Assembly (NCBI GenBank): GCA_963662665.2
Contig: CAXXJS010000031.1
Location: forward strand, 32,001 to 96,000
Direction of reading: 5' to 3'
Length of the DNA: 64,000 nt
From: Candidatus Latescibacterota bacterium
GTDB taxonomy: Bacteria > Latescibacterota > UBA2968 > GCA-2709665
In this document: positions 8,924-17,971 of the stretch, piece after piece
Position numbering within the stretch: position 1 is the first letter of the stretch
Layout: every line of letters begins with the position of its first letter
Notes under the pieces: generated by a model
The model's input: the letters and a program-made list of their open reading frames with translations, nothing else
The model's database searches: none
What the model was told of the DNA's origin: nothing
Program-made: the position numbers and the translations under genes

Positions 8924-10024
8924 ATGACAACGCTGAAAAATGTGGAGATCAAGGGGTTCCGGTCCATTAAAGATATGGAATTGGAACTCAGGCCGCTCAA
9001 TGTCCTCATTGGCGCCAACGGAGCCGGGAAGAGCAATCTCATCGCCTTTTTCAAGATGGTGAATGAACTGATGGCTGGACGCCTCCAGCAACACATCGGG
9101 TCGACCGGACGGGCCACCGGTAATTTGCACTTCGGCCCAAGAGTGACACCACAACTTGAAGCGAAAATGGTGTTCGAGGTGGAAAACGGAACCGACACCT
9201 ACCATATGAGACTCTTCCACGCCGCGGGCGATTCTCTGATATTCGCGGAGGAAACGGTTGCATTCCATCAGGAAGGTTATCCCAGCCCCAAGACGGTAGA
9301 GCTGGGCGTGGGGCATCTGGAAACGAAGATTGGAGAACTGGCGGAACGAGGGGAGCCGACGGCGAGAACGCTCAGGGCATTGTTGAATCGTTGCCGCGTC
9401 TATCACTTTCACGATACATCGCCGACTTCACGAGTCCGGCAATATGGATACATGGGAGACAACCGCTGGCTCAAGCCCGACGCTGGCAACCTCGCTGCGA
9501 TGCTATACGCGCTCAAGTCCAGTAGTGAAACCGACTACCGGCGCATTGTCACCACAATCCGCCAGGTGGCGCCGTTCTTCGATGACTTCGATCTCGAGCC
9601 CGCCGATTCAAGAGATATTATCCTCAACTGGCGCCATCGCGAGTCCGATCTCGTGTTCGGGCCTCATCAGCTATCGGATGGCACATTGCGCGCAATCTGT
9701 CTGATTACTCTTCTCTTACAGCCGGCTGAAAAGCTGCCGACTCTGATTGTGGTGGACGAACCGGAACTTGGCCTGGACCCCTGTGCAGTGGACGTGATTG
9801 CCTCGCTGTTTCGTTCTGTAAGCGAGCATGCGCAGGTACTCGTCAGCACGCAGTCCAGCGCATTCGTCGACAGCTTCGAGGCGGACGACATCGTGGTCGT
9901 ACAACGAAATCAAGAAGCGACGGAGTTTGAGAGACCCCGGGCCGAAGAACTCGACTCGTGGGTGGAGGAATACGCGCTCGGGGAAATCTGGGAAAGGGAC
10001 GGCGTCGTCGAAGGAACGGATTGA
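8924..10024 (+). CDS. ABC-type AAA ATPase (AAA_21/OLD-like)
   Basis: Walker A GANGAGKS, signature LSDGT, Walker B VDEPE, STQS. Confidence 0.85.
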   Translation: MTTLKNVEIKGFRSIKDMELELRPLNVLIGANGAGKSNLIAFFKMVNELMAGRLQQHIGSTGRATGNLHFGPRVTPQLEAKMVFEVENGTDTYHMRLFHAAGDSLIFAEETVAFHQEGYPSPKTVELGVGHLETKIGELAERGEPTARTLRALLNRCRVYHFHDTSPTSRVRQYGYMGDNRWLKPDAGNLAAMLYALKSSSETDYRRIVTTIRQVAPFFDDFDLEPADSRDIILNWRHRESDLVFGPHQLSDGTLRAICLITLLLQPAEKLPTLIVVDEPELGLDPCAVDVIASLFRSVSEHAQVLVSTQSSAFVDSFEADDIVVVQRNQEATEFERPRAEELDSWVEEYALGEIWERDGVVEGTD

Positions 10025-10085
10025 CGGTTCGACTCCTGGCGGAGGATCAAACAGAGTATTTCAAGCAGTGGCTGGCACTCGACTA
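10021..10085 (+). pseudogene. Possible remnant of a TOPRIM-like (DUF4276-type) partner gene
   Basis: TTG overlapping the ATPase stop; VRLLAEDQTE.F...LA resembles the N-terminal VEGQTE motif, then similarity is lost. Confidence 0.4.
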
Positions 10086-10244
10086 TTCCCGCAAAGCGCG
10101 CAAACGCCACGCCGCATCCATTTTTGCAAGCTGGGGAACATAGTCGCAGTATCGGGAAACCGCACGACCTTCCCGCGTCGTTGTCGCCGACAGATCACGT
10201 GACAGGACACGAATGCCGTCGCGCAGCACATGTAGGAGGTGTTT

Positions 10245-10550
10245 ATGCCTGCCGCCACAATGCCACCGATTCATCCGGGAGAAATCCTGCTGGAGGAATT
10301 CTTGAATCCTCTGGAAATCAGCCAATATCGACTTGCGAAAGACATTTCTGTTCCGCCTCGCCGAATTAACGAGATTGTGCATGGGAAACGCGCCGTAACG
10401 CCAGACACCGCGCTGCGTCTGGCGCGTTTTTTCGGTACCACCGGTCAATTCTGGCTCAATCTTCAATCCCGCTACGAACTGGAGTTGGAACGAGACCGAC
10501 TTGGCGAACGATTGCAGGCCGAAGTGCGGATCCTTGAGCGCGTTGAATAA
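10245..10550 (+). CDS. higA: HigA-family antitoxin (orphan)
   Basis: PPIHPGEIL.EEFL.P...SQY.LA...P.RINEI..GKR.VT.DTALRL.RFFG....FWLNLQ; SD GGAGG. Confidence 0.92.
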   Translation: MPAATMPPIHPGEILLEEFLNPLEISQYRLAKDISVPPRRINEIVHGKRAVTPDTALRLARFFGTTGQFWLNLQSRYELELERDRLGERLQAEVRILERVE

Positions 10551-10628
10551 TCACTTAGCTAAAAAGTCGCACGGCCAGGATTGATATTCTCGTACCCACC
10601 AGGCGTAAACCGGATCTTGTAATAGACT

Positions 10629-10784
10629 CCTGCGCGGTGGACGTGATTGCCTCCATGTTTCATTCCGTTAGCCAGCATACGCAGGTGCTCGTCAGCACGC
10701 AGTCCAGCGCATTCGTCGATGGCTTCGAGCCGGACGATATCGTGGTTGTGCAACGAAATCAGGGAGCGACGGAGTTTGAGAGAC
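10629..10784 (+). repeat. Diverged 156-bp duplicate of the ATPase 3' region (9780-9935)
   Basis: Collinear, gap-free match with scattered substitutions. Confidence 0.85.
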
Positions 10785-10821
10785 ACCTGCAAGCGCGGCA
10801 GTTTTCCTGTGGTTAAGCGGA

Positions 10822-11289
10822 GTGGGCTTCGATGGCTATGTCGGCCAGACAGGCAGCGGCGAGTTCCTGCCCCTTTTCGAGCCACCCGGGTTTTATGCAC
10901 AATATCGCATTTTCTCCCTCGAGCACCTGGTGGACTTTATTAACCTGCAGCTGCTCTCGGCCCCCGCGGCTTGCATGGCCATATTCCTTGTCCGCAAGCG
11001 CCCTTTGAGTCGCCACACTTTCCTCGTCATCTGTACCCTCGTCTCTCTCTTCTTCACCTTCGTTGCAAAGGCCAACATCGGCGCATTCCGGGACTGGGAC
11101 ATTCTTTCCCTCCCCGCATTGCCTCTCACACTGTGGGCCGCCACAATGCTTCTGGAACGCATACGCAACGGCGAGAAGCTCTTTCACGGCGCCTTTTTAA
11201 TCTGTGGGACGGCGGGCCCTACATACCTTCCTGTGGATAGGCGTCAACGCGGGCGCCGGGTCAGATTGAAGCTCGACGGTATATTCTAA
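10822..11289 (+). pseudogene. Fragment of a multi-pass membrane protein
   Basis: Hydrophobic segments and G..RDWD motif; no convincing start; apparent +1 G at 11214-11216 (shifted frame reads ALHTFLWIGVNA). Confidence 0.5.
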
Positions 11290-11551
11290 GCAGTGTGAGG
11301 TCGCGTATCGGGAATTGAGCGGTAAAAGGCTCCAGGGATGGTCAACGACAAGGCATAGTTGGATAGTCTCGCGTCGGTCGTCGACGCTTCCGCAGAACGC
11401 TTCTCGTTCGAATCGTCAACAAGAATGCCGAGGCTATGGAAGCCCCGGCTTCATTTGTCATTCACCCATGATGGGCCAACATCCATCGCCTCGTTATGTT
11501 TCATACCGGCGCGTCTGCGATTCGTAACCCAGCTCGGATTTGTCTCCGGCG

Positions 11552-12274
11552 CTAAATCTCCGGATATTCCATCCACTGCCGTCCATCCAGCGTATTCCCG
11601 CCCGCTTTGGGGGTACGCCCACCCCACTGCTTGAAGAAGAAAGCCACGTGTTGGTCCTCGCACTGATCCCGCAATTCACGTACCCAATCCGGCTCAATCG
11701 GACGAGCTCCCGGGCCGCTTTCCCCACCCGCAATTACCCAGTGAATGTGCTCCAGGTCCACCGTCCCAATCGGGCCGAGTAGCGGCTCGAATGAGACAAA
11801 GCGGACCGATGCGTTGGTCTCTTTGAGATGCCTGAGCCGCGAAAGTGCCGCATCGTCTTCGATGGAGACGCCGAGCCAGATATGCGACGGCGCATCTCCA
11901 TTCGGGTACCGCTCACGGACAAAGCGGCGCATCAGGGAACTGCGCTTGGTGAGTACCTGGTAGATGTGCCAGTTGGCGCGTTCCATGGTGTCGAATACGC
12001 GATGGATGTACTTTGTGGGAATTTCTTTGTGGAAGAGATCGCTCATCGAATTGACGAAAATGAGTTGAGAACGCCGCCACCCCAGCGGTTGTTCCAGGCG
12101 CGCGGGTCGAAGGGTCAGATCAAAGCCGGTTTCGAACGGATGCCCTTCGACGCCGCGAAACCGCTCGGAAAGCCGCTCGGCATAACAGTTGTCGCAGCCG
12201 GCGCTCACTTTTGTGCATCCGGTAACCGGATTCCAGGTGCCATTGGTCCATTCAATTGCGCTGTTGCGCGACAT
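11552..12274 (-). CDS. DUF5131 / phage Gp37Gp68 family protein
   Basis: S.IEWT..TWNPVTGCTKVSAGCDNCYA, FVNSMSDLFH, LTKR, S.EPLLG, W.I.GGESG..ARP, FFFKQWGG. Confidence 0.92.
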   Translation of the reverse strand: MSRNSAIEWTNGTWNPVTGCTKVSAGCDNCYAERLSERFRGVEGHPFETGFDLTLRPARLEQPLGWRRSQLIFVNSMSDLFHKEIPTKYIHRVFDTMERANWHIYQVLTKRSSLMRRFVRERYPNGDAPSHIWLGVSIEDDAALSRLRHLKETNASVRFVSFEPLLGPIGTVDLEHIHWVIAGGESGPGARPIEPDWVRELRDQCEDQHVAFFFKQWGGRTPKAGGNTLDGRQWMEYPEI

Positions 12275-12312
12275 GGCAATATCCCCTTGAAGTAGTAAAT
12301 TTAGTGCACATC

Positions 12313-12341
12313 AGTATAGTAATTTTCAATCCCGCTGTCAA
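12313..12341 (-). promoter_or_regulatory. Near-consensus sigma70 promoter for the DUF5131 gene
   Basis: Minus strand TTGACA-17 bp-TATACT. Confidence 0.7.
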
Positions 12342-12417
12342 GATGGGGATTGGTAAGTTCTGGAAGAACGAGGAATGTGGACGTTGTGAATGGGCAGGAT
12401 AGGAGCCGGACGGGATC

Positions 12418-14550
12418 TTACACGTGTTCGTCGAACCAATCGAGCATGGCATTGCACAGATGCTTGAGCTTCGTGTACTCCCACTCGGGCGTGAAATGAT
12501 CCGCGCCCTCATATTGGATCCACTCCACCTTCCGTCCGAGCCGCAACAGGCCGTTAAACACTTCCTCGGCCTGTTTTGCAGCGGCTGTGTCCTCGCTGCC
12601 GTTGACCAGAAGTAACGGCGCCTGAATTCTATCCAGGAGGAACAAGGGAGAGTTGCGGACGTATGCCTCGGGGTCGCCCCAGGGCGGCTTTCCCATTCCT
12701 CCCTGTCCCGACTCGAACCAGAACCAGTCCTGCTGACCGTAAAAACTCGTTAAGTTCGCGATCGGCGCGTTGCATACGGCTGCGCTGAAGAGCTTCGTCT
12801 GAGTAAGGAGTGCCAGCACGGAATAAGCGCCGTAGCTGTGACCGTAGAGTCCGATCCGATTCGGATCTATGGTTCCCCGATCGATCAGATGCCGGATCAC
12901 TGGCGTTGTCCTGGCCGCAATCTCGATCATCGGATCGCGTCCCGGGAGTTCGGTATCAGGGTACACCACCGCGTAACCCCGGTGAGCCAGAAAGTGGGCA
13001 TTGTCCTCGGATGGCGTTTCCGTAAATCCAAATCTGTTGATGTCCTCCGAATATGAGTAATCGCCATATACGACGGTGATAGCCGGCACGGGCCGCTTTC
13101 CATCGAAATCCGGAGGCAACATCAAGGCCGCCTTGAGACTCTCGCCGCAGTCATTCTCAAATTCAACAAGCTCCGGGGTACCGAATTTAATGGAATCGAT
13201 AGAAGACAGTGGCTTGTATATGCGCGAAGTCTCGCCATTTCTGCTTACCTTGATGACTTCAGGAGGTTTTGTTGCGGTTTCCCGCGCGATGAATATCGTA
13301 CCGCCGTTGCTCGACGCCTCGTTCAACAGCGTGCAAGACTGGATGGCTCCGTCTATCTCGAGCATCTCTCGAAACGCCCCGTTTTCAAGGTCAAATTCAG
13401 CGATACAGAGCGTCTCATCCTTTCGAGTGACGGCGAGCGGTACCGTGCTGGCATTCACCACTGGACTTTCTTGCGGAAGCAGCCACGTCGACACCCGGTA
13501 ACCGTCCGGTACCGCCAGTTTTCGTTGCGCCCTTCCGGATGCATTGAAGACCCGGATCCCTCCAGGTACCGGCAGCAGGATTTCCTTCGAATCCGGACGC
13601 CATCTTGGAGGCGCTTCGTAGTAGGCATCGATTTTTCTGATGTAAGCACCACTATCACCCACAATATCGATCGGTTCGCTGCCCCCATCGTTCCCAACCA
13701 CGTGGGGATGTCCGGAGTTCTCCCCTCCCCATGTCAAATAGCATAGCCTCGTGCCATCGGGCGACCAGTTGAATGCGGTCGTGTACGACTGCACGATCCC
13801 ACTGGCGGCACACACAGTCTTCCTGCGGGCGATATCTGTTACCATCAAATCGCAGACGTTCCCACCGGATACTTTATTGTGACCCTTTATGCGCAAACAG
13901 GCAACCTGGTTCCCGTCCGGAGACGGACGCCAACATCGAAACGACCAGTTCTCCGCCAGCACCTCGACCTCCCCTGAACTCACGTCCACAGCGACGAGGT
14001 TCCCCCTTTTCTCCCAGTCGTCGATCGGCACGACAACAGATTCGGCAGATGTCCGTCGCTGAATTCCATTCTCGCCGTAATATCCTGCGCCGGCGGCCTG
14101 TTTGCCGGGATCTGCTTTTATCAGAATCCGGCGCCCGTCGTTTGTCCACCTCGGGATCTCGAAGCCGTAATCGCCGACGTATGTCACTTTCTCATACACT
14201 TCCGTCGTCGCTGTCTTTCGGTCCCAAATCGCTAGGCGGGCCGGATTGTCACTCTTCTGAATGTACGCTGCGAGACGGCAGCCGTCCGGAGACCACTGAG
14301 GCGCCCACGAAACTTCGGTTTCACCGAAAGGATGCACGGAATCCGATTCCTCGGTATCGACGACAACGACCGAAGGCCTCATGACTTCCTGCGGCACGCT
14401 CGAATGCTCTCCGGATGTCAATACCGAACGGCTGCGGCCGACGGCAACCATCGTAAGCGCCAGAAAACGCCCGTCGGGACTGAGATCAAATGGTATTCGC
14501 GTAGCCGGGACTTTCAACTGAAGCAGATGTTCCACCGTAAAACACTCCAT
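12418..14550 (-). CDS. S9 (prolyl oligopeptidase family) peptidase with beta-propeller
   Basis: WSPDG-type repeats, nucleophile GHSYG, G.ED, YEGADH; start uncertain. Confidence 0.88.
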   Translation of the reverse strand: MECFTVEHLLQLKVPATRIPFDLSPDGRFLALTMVAVGRSRSVLTSGEHSSVPQEVMRPSVVVVDTEESDSVHPFGETEVSWAPQWSPDGCRLAAYIQKSDNPARLAIWDRKTATTEVYEKVTYVGDYGFEIPRWTNDGRRILIKADPGKQAAGAGYYGENGIQRRTSAESVVVPIDDWEKRGNLVAVDVSSGEVEVLAENWSFRCWRPSPDGNQVACLRIKGHNKVSGGNVCDLMVTDIARRKTVCAASGIVQSYTTAFNWSPDGTRLCYLTWGGENSGHPHVVGNDGGSEPIDIVGDSGAYIRKIDAYYEAPPRWRPDSKEILLPVPGGIRVFNASGRAQRKLAVPDGYRVSTWLLPQESPVVNASTVPLAVTRKDETLCIAEFDLENGAFREMLEIDGAIQSCTLLNEASSNGGTIFIARETATKPPEVIKVSRNGETSRIYKPLSSIDSIKFGTPELVEFENDCGESLKAALMLPPDFDGKRPVPAITVVYGDYSYSEDINRFGFTETPSEDNAHFLAHRGYAVVYPDTELPGRDPMIEIAARTTPVIRHLIDRGTIDPNRIGLYGHSYGAYSVLALLTQTKLFSAAVCNAPIANLTSFYGQQDWFWFESGQGGMGKPPWGDPEAYVRNSPLFLLDRIQAPLLLVNGSEDTAAAKQAEEVFNGLLRLGRKVEWIQYEGADHFTPEWEYTKLKHLCNAMLDWFDEHV

Positions 14551-14743
14551 AACGGTACTCGCTTGATATGTTTTGGCATCATCGTACGGGATCGATCGCA
14601 CCAAATATAACGGCTTTTGGAACATAAGAAAACTCGGGCAGGAACTTACAGTAAATCTTCACAACACAGTGCGTTCATGTTCCTTCAGGCTGCCAGCTTG
14701 CGAAAGGCGCTGTGATCCCCCACGGCATCAGCTCTCGCGCCGG

Positions 14744-14803
14744 CCCTTCGACAAGCTCAGGGATCGGCTCGGCTTCTGCGACTCCCCCTCAAGGGGGAGT
14801 GAC
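14744..14803. repeat. REP-like element plus hairpin
   Basis: Second CCCTTCGACAAGCTCAGGGA copy, followed by ACTCCCCCT-CA-AGGGGGAGT stem. Confidence 0.6.
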
Positions 14804-15267
14804 TAAACCGTCATACAGGCGCAATCGTCAACGATTACCTTTTTTCGATGGACATAGCGAACCCGCGCCAGGCCCTTGTCCTCCCGAGCCCTTCCACGGA
14901 TGTGGATATTTGGCTATCTTCCTTAACCACACTGCGTATCAGATTGGGATTTCCGTGGCGCTGTCAAAACCTATCTGCGAAATATCGGTGCAGACCCGAA
15001 ACCCGAATCGAATGCGCGGTCAGTATTGATGTGCCTCCGGTTTTATTTGTCCGTTTTGCGATTTTTTTCCTGCCCATCCTGTCCATCCATCTAAGTTTCT
15101 TTTGCTGTTCCGGAGCCCGCGCGGACCCCGATCCGTTGATTCGGGTTGACACGGTTTAATCCCCGCCGTACTTTGCCATCCATCCTGCAATTTCATGCAA
15201 TCTTCCGGATCCCTGCGTTGCAACTGACAGGCGTGTAACGCCGGGGCCGGTTTAATGTGGAGACGCC

Positions 15268-16554
15268 ATGATCCGACTCGCCACTTTTCAATCCGACGTG
15301 ACGCCCCCACTGGGCCATCCGCTGTGTGCGGGGTGGTATCCCTCTGCCAAAGGCATCCTGGACCCGCTGGCCGCCCTCGGGCTGGTGATCGTACCGGACG
15401 CCGAATCGCCGATGGTTCTGTGCGCCCTGGACTGGGCCGAGTTGAGCAACGGCGACTACGACCGATGGCGTGAAGCGCTGGCCGTGGCCGTGGGCACCGA
15501 GGCGGACCGGGTGGCCGTACACTGCACGCACGCGCACGACACCCCCTGGCCGGACCGCGATGCCCAGCATATTCTTGATGCCCACGGCCATACCGACGTC
15601 ATTATGGCTGGAAGCTGGTCCGAAAACGTCCGCACGCAGGCGGCAATGGCAGCGGCTGAGGCCTTGGACAGGCTGCAGCCCTGCACACATATTTCGACCG
15701 GCGAGGCCAGAGTCGACAGGATCGCCTCCAACAGGCGGGTGATGGGGCCGGACGGGAAGGTGGCCGCCGTGCGCTGGACCAAAACGCCCGATCCCGAGGT
15801 GCGGGCCGCGTCCGAGGGCGTCATCGACCCCATGCTCAAGACAATCGGCTATTACCATCAGGATAAGCCGCTGGCCCTCGTTCATTACTATGCCACACAT
15901 CCAACCAGCAAGGACGGCACGGGGCTGGTGACGCCCGAATTCGTCGGCCTGGCCCGCAACCGGCGCACGGAGGAAAGCGGTATTCCGCACATCTACTTCA
16001 CAGGTTGTGCGGGCAACGTTACCGCGGGCAAGTACAACGACGGTGTGGCCGACAACCGCGAATTGTTCACCGGGCGCATCCATACCGCCATGGTGGAATC
16101 GGAACAGGCCAGTTCCCGCCAGCCCCTGGAACGCGTGGCCTGGACGGTAGAGCCCGTGCGGCTGCCGCCGCGGGAGGACCTGGTCGAGGAAGACCTGCTG
16201 GCGAAAATCTCGGCGGAGCGCAGAGGAGCCAAGATTCACAGCAAGCACGCCCTCATGCTGACGTACGTGCGCCGCCGCGAGCGTCCCATTCCCTTCACCT
16301 GCATGCATCTGAACGACCAGGTAGCGGTGGTCAATCTGCCGGGCGAGATCTTTATCGAATACCAGTTGCACGCGCAGGCGAGCCGCCCCGACGCCTTTGT
16401 CGCCGTAGCGGGATACGGAGACCTGGGGACTGGGTACATCACCATGGAAACTTCCTTCGACGAGGGCGGGTACGAGCCCACGGACGCCTTCGTGTCCGGG
16501 AAGTCGGAGAAAATCGTCCGCGCCGCCATCGACAAAGTCGTGCGGGCGGGTTGA
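15268..16554 (+). CDS. Neutral/alkaline ceramidase-like putative amidohydrolase
   Basis: D.TPPLG, DPL.A..L, THAH, DP.L, YATHPT, GCAGNV, LPGE.F.EY, GYI...F.EGGYE. Confidence 0.7.
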   Translation: MIRLATFQSDVTPPLGHPLCAGWYPSAKGILDPLAALGLVIVPDAESPMVLCALDWAELSNGDYDRWREALAVAVGTEADRVAVHCTHAHDTPWPDRDAQHILDAHGHTDVIMAGSWSENVRTQAAMAAAEALDRLQPCTHISTGEARVDRIASNRRVMGPDGKVAAVRWTKTPDPEVRAASEGVIDPMLKTIGYYHQDKPLALVHYYATHPTSKDGTGLVTPEFVGLARNRRTEESGIPHIYFTGCAGNVTAGKYNDGVADNRELFTGRIHTAMVESEQASSRQPLERVAWTVEPVRLPPREDLVEEDLLAKISAERRGAKIHSKHALMLTYVRRRERPIPFTCMHLNDQVAVVNLPGEIFIEYQLHAQASRPDAFVAVAGYGDLGTGYITMETSFDEGGYEPTDAFVSGKSEKIVRAAIDKVVRAG

Positions 16555-16570
16555 TGCAGAGGTCTGTCCG

Positions 16571-16957
16571 ATGAACGAACAACAAGTGCAGATCATCGTA
16601 AAGGACGGGGCACCTGAATATGCGGTGATCCCGATCGACGCGTACCGTCGCATGGCCGCCGCGCTGGAAGACGCGGACGATGCCGAGGCCATCGACAGAG
16701 CATGGGCCGATGACGCGGCGGGCGAGACGGTACCTGGCGAAGTCGTTAAGGGTATAATCGACGGAGGACCGCCTTTGCGCGTGTGGCGGAAATACCGCGG
16801 GTTGACGCCGGCCTCGCTGGGCCGGTCGGTAGGCGTTTCAAGGGGATATCTGTCACAGATCGAGAACGGGCACAAGTCCGGTACACTCGACCTGTTTCGC
16901 AGACTCGCAGGCGCGCTTGACGTGTCAATGGACCAATTGGTTAAACCGGCGACATGA
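16571..16957 (+). CDS. XRE-family HTH protein, antitoxin-like (orphan)
   Basis: YAVIP...Y..M....ED..D N-domain plus LRVWRKYRGLT...L...G.S..YLSQIENG...G. Confidence 0.85.
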   Translation: MNEQQVQIIVKDGAPEYAVIPIDAYRRMAAALEDADDAEAIDRAWADDAAGETVPGEVVKGIIDGGPPLRVWRKYRGLTPASLGRSVGVSRGYLSQIENGHKSGTLDLFRRLAGALDVSMDQLVKPAT

Positions 16958-17107
16958 TCGTCCCCGGTTCGACGGAAAGAGGGATGATCGCAGTCCGGGG
17001 AGTGAGCGGACGTTCTGCCTGTCACGGCGGGTCCGGTGACACACGCTCAGGTATCGTCCGGCGCCGCAGGCTTTTTTCTGTCTCTTTGCCAACAGTAAGT
17101 CAATGAT

Positions 17108-17135
17108 GCGGGCAGACAGGAATGTCTATCCCACC
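17108..17135 (-). repeat. REP-like hairpin
   Basis: GGGCAGACA-GGAA-TGTCTATCCCAC imperfect stem. Confidence 0.45.
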
Positions 17136-17180
17136 TTCAAACCGACTTCCTCAATGGGACAGTATTGGCCATAGAAACTT

Positions 17181-17334
17181 GTGTTCTGTCCCAGAGATAG
17201 GTTGCCTGAATTCGGCCGTCGAGTCGCCCGGCTCGCAAGGCACCTGAGCGCAGGCGACCTGGGCAGGTCGGCCCAACGTAGCGAGACGGGATGAATCGGC
17301 GGAAGATTGGTGAGGTATTCTTGGGACAGGACAC
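17181..17334 (-). mobile_element. MITE family A, copy 2 (inverted)
   Basis: Ends GTGTTCTGTCCCAGAGATA / TATTCTTGGGACAGGACAC; body is reverse-complement homologue of 4262-4416. Confidence 0.7.
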
Positions 17335-17349
17335 TAGACAGGAGCAGCG

Positions 17350-17823
17350 GTGTTGCGGCGAATCATCCATGGTGCGTTTGTGTTCGTAATAGCGTTTCTC
17401 CTGATGGGTCCGTTTTCGCACTTTATGGTAGGGCAGTCCGGCTGGCTCCACGCGATGGGGTTGGGGATGGGATGGGGGCTTGCGCTTGGGTTGATTGTGG
17501 GCATGGGCAGCGATATCAGCACGGGTGTTGGTATGGTGCTGGGCCTTGGCGCCGGGGCGGGCGTCTACTGGGATCCGTTCGACGGGCTGATCATCGGGTT
17601 TGTCACGGCCATACCCGCGGCCATGGGCGTAGGCCTGGTGTCGGTGCTGCTGGACTGGAGCCTCGGTGCGGGGCTCTTCTGGGGTCTGTCGCTCGGAATC
17701 AGCGCCGTATTGCTCGTATTGCTGGAGGGCGGATGGGTTGTTTTCGCGGCCGCCGCCGCGGGGTGCATAGCGGGCCTTGGCGTGCGAATACTGCTGAGGA
17801 TGTGGTCGACCCGGCCCGCGTGA
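17350..17823 (+). CDS. Gly/Leu-rich hypothetical membrane protein
   Basis: Repeated GLG.G.GL..GL..G hydrophobic segments; SD GGAG before the start. Confidence 0.55.
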   Translation: MLRRIIHGAFVFVIAFLLMGPFSHFMVGQSGWLHAMGLGMGWGLALGLIVGMGSDISTGVGMVLGLGAGAGVYWDPFDGLIIGFVTAIPAAMGVGLVSVLLDWSLGAGLFWGLSLGISAVLLVLLEGGWVVFAAAAAGCIAGLGVRILLRMWSTRPA

Positions 17824-17971
17824 GAGACAGAATTCCTTGAGTTTTGCGCAGCCCGCGAACCACGTTGGAGAAATATCGCGAGGCGCGCACGCGTTCAATA
17901 ACCGCCGGCAACCGGTCAATCTATCCGGTCACTGAAGACCTGAAACCACATCAACCTGTCAGGAGGACGGA

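Noticed and set aside
9780-10784. Duplicated segment as a DGR template/variable repeat pair
   Set aside because: Mismatches are not adenine-specific and no reverse transcriptase is present
11552-12274. Prophage inferred from the Gp37Gp68 family name
   Set aside because: No structural, terminase or integrase genes in the window
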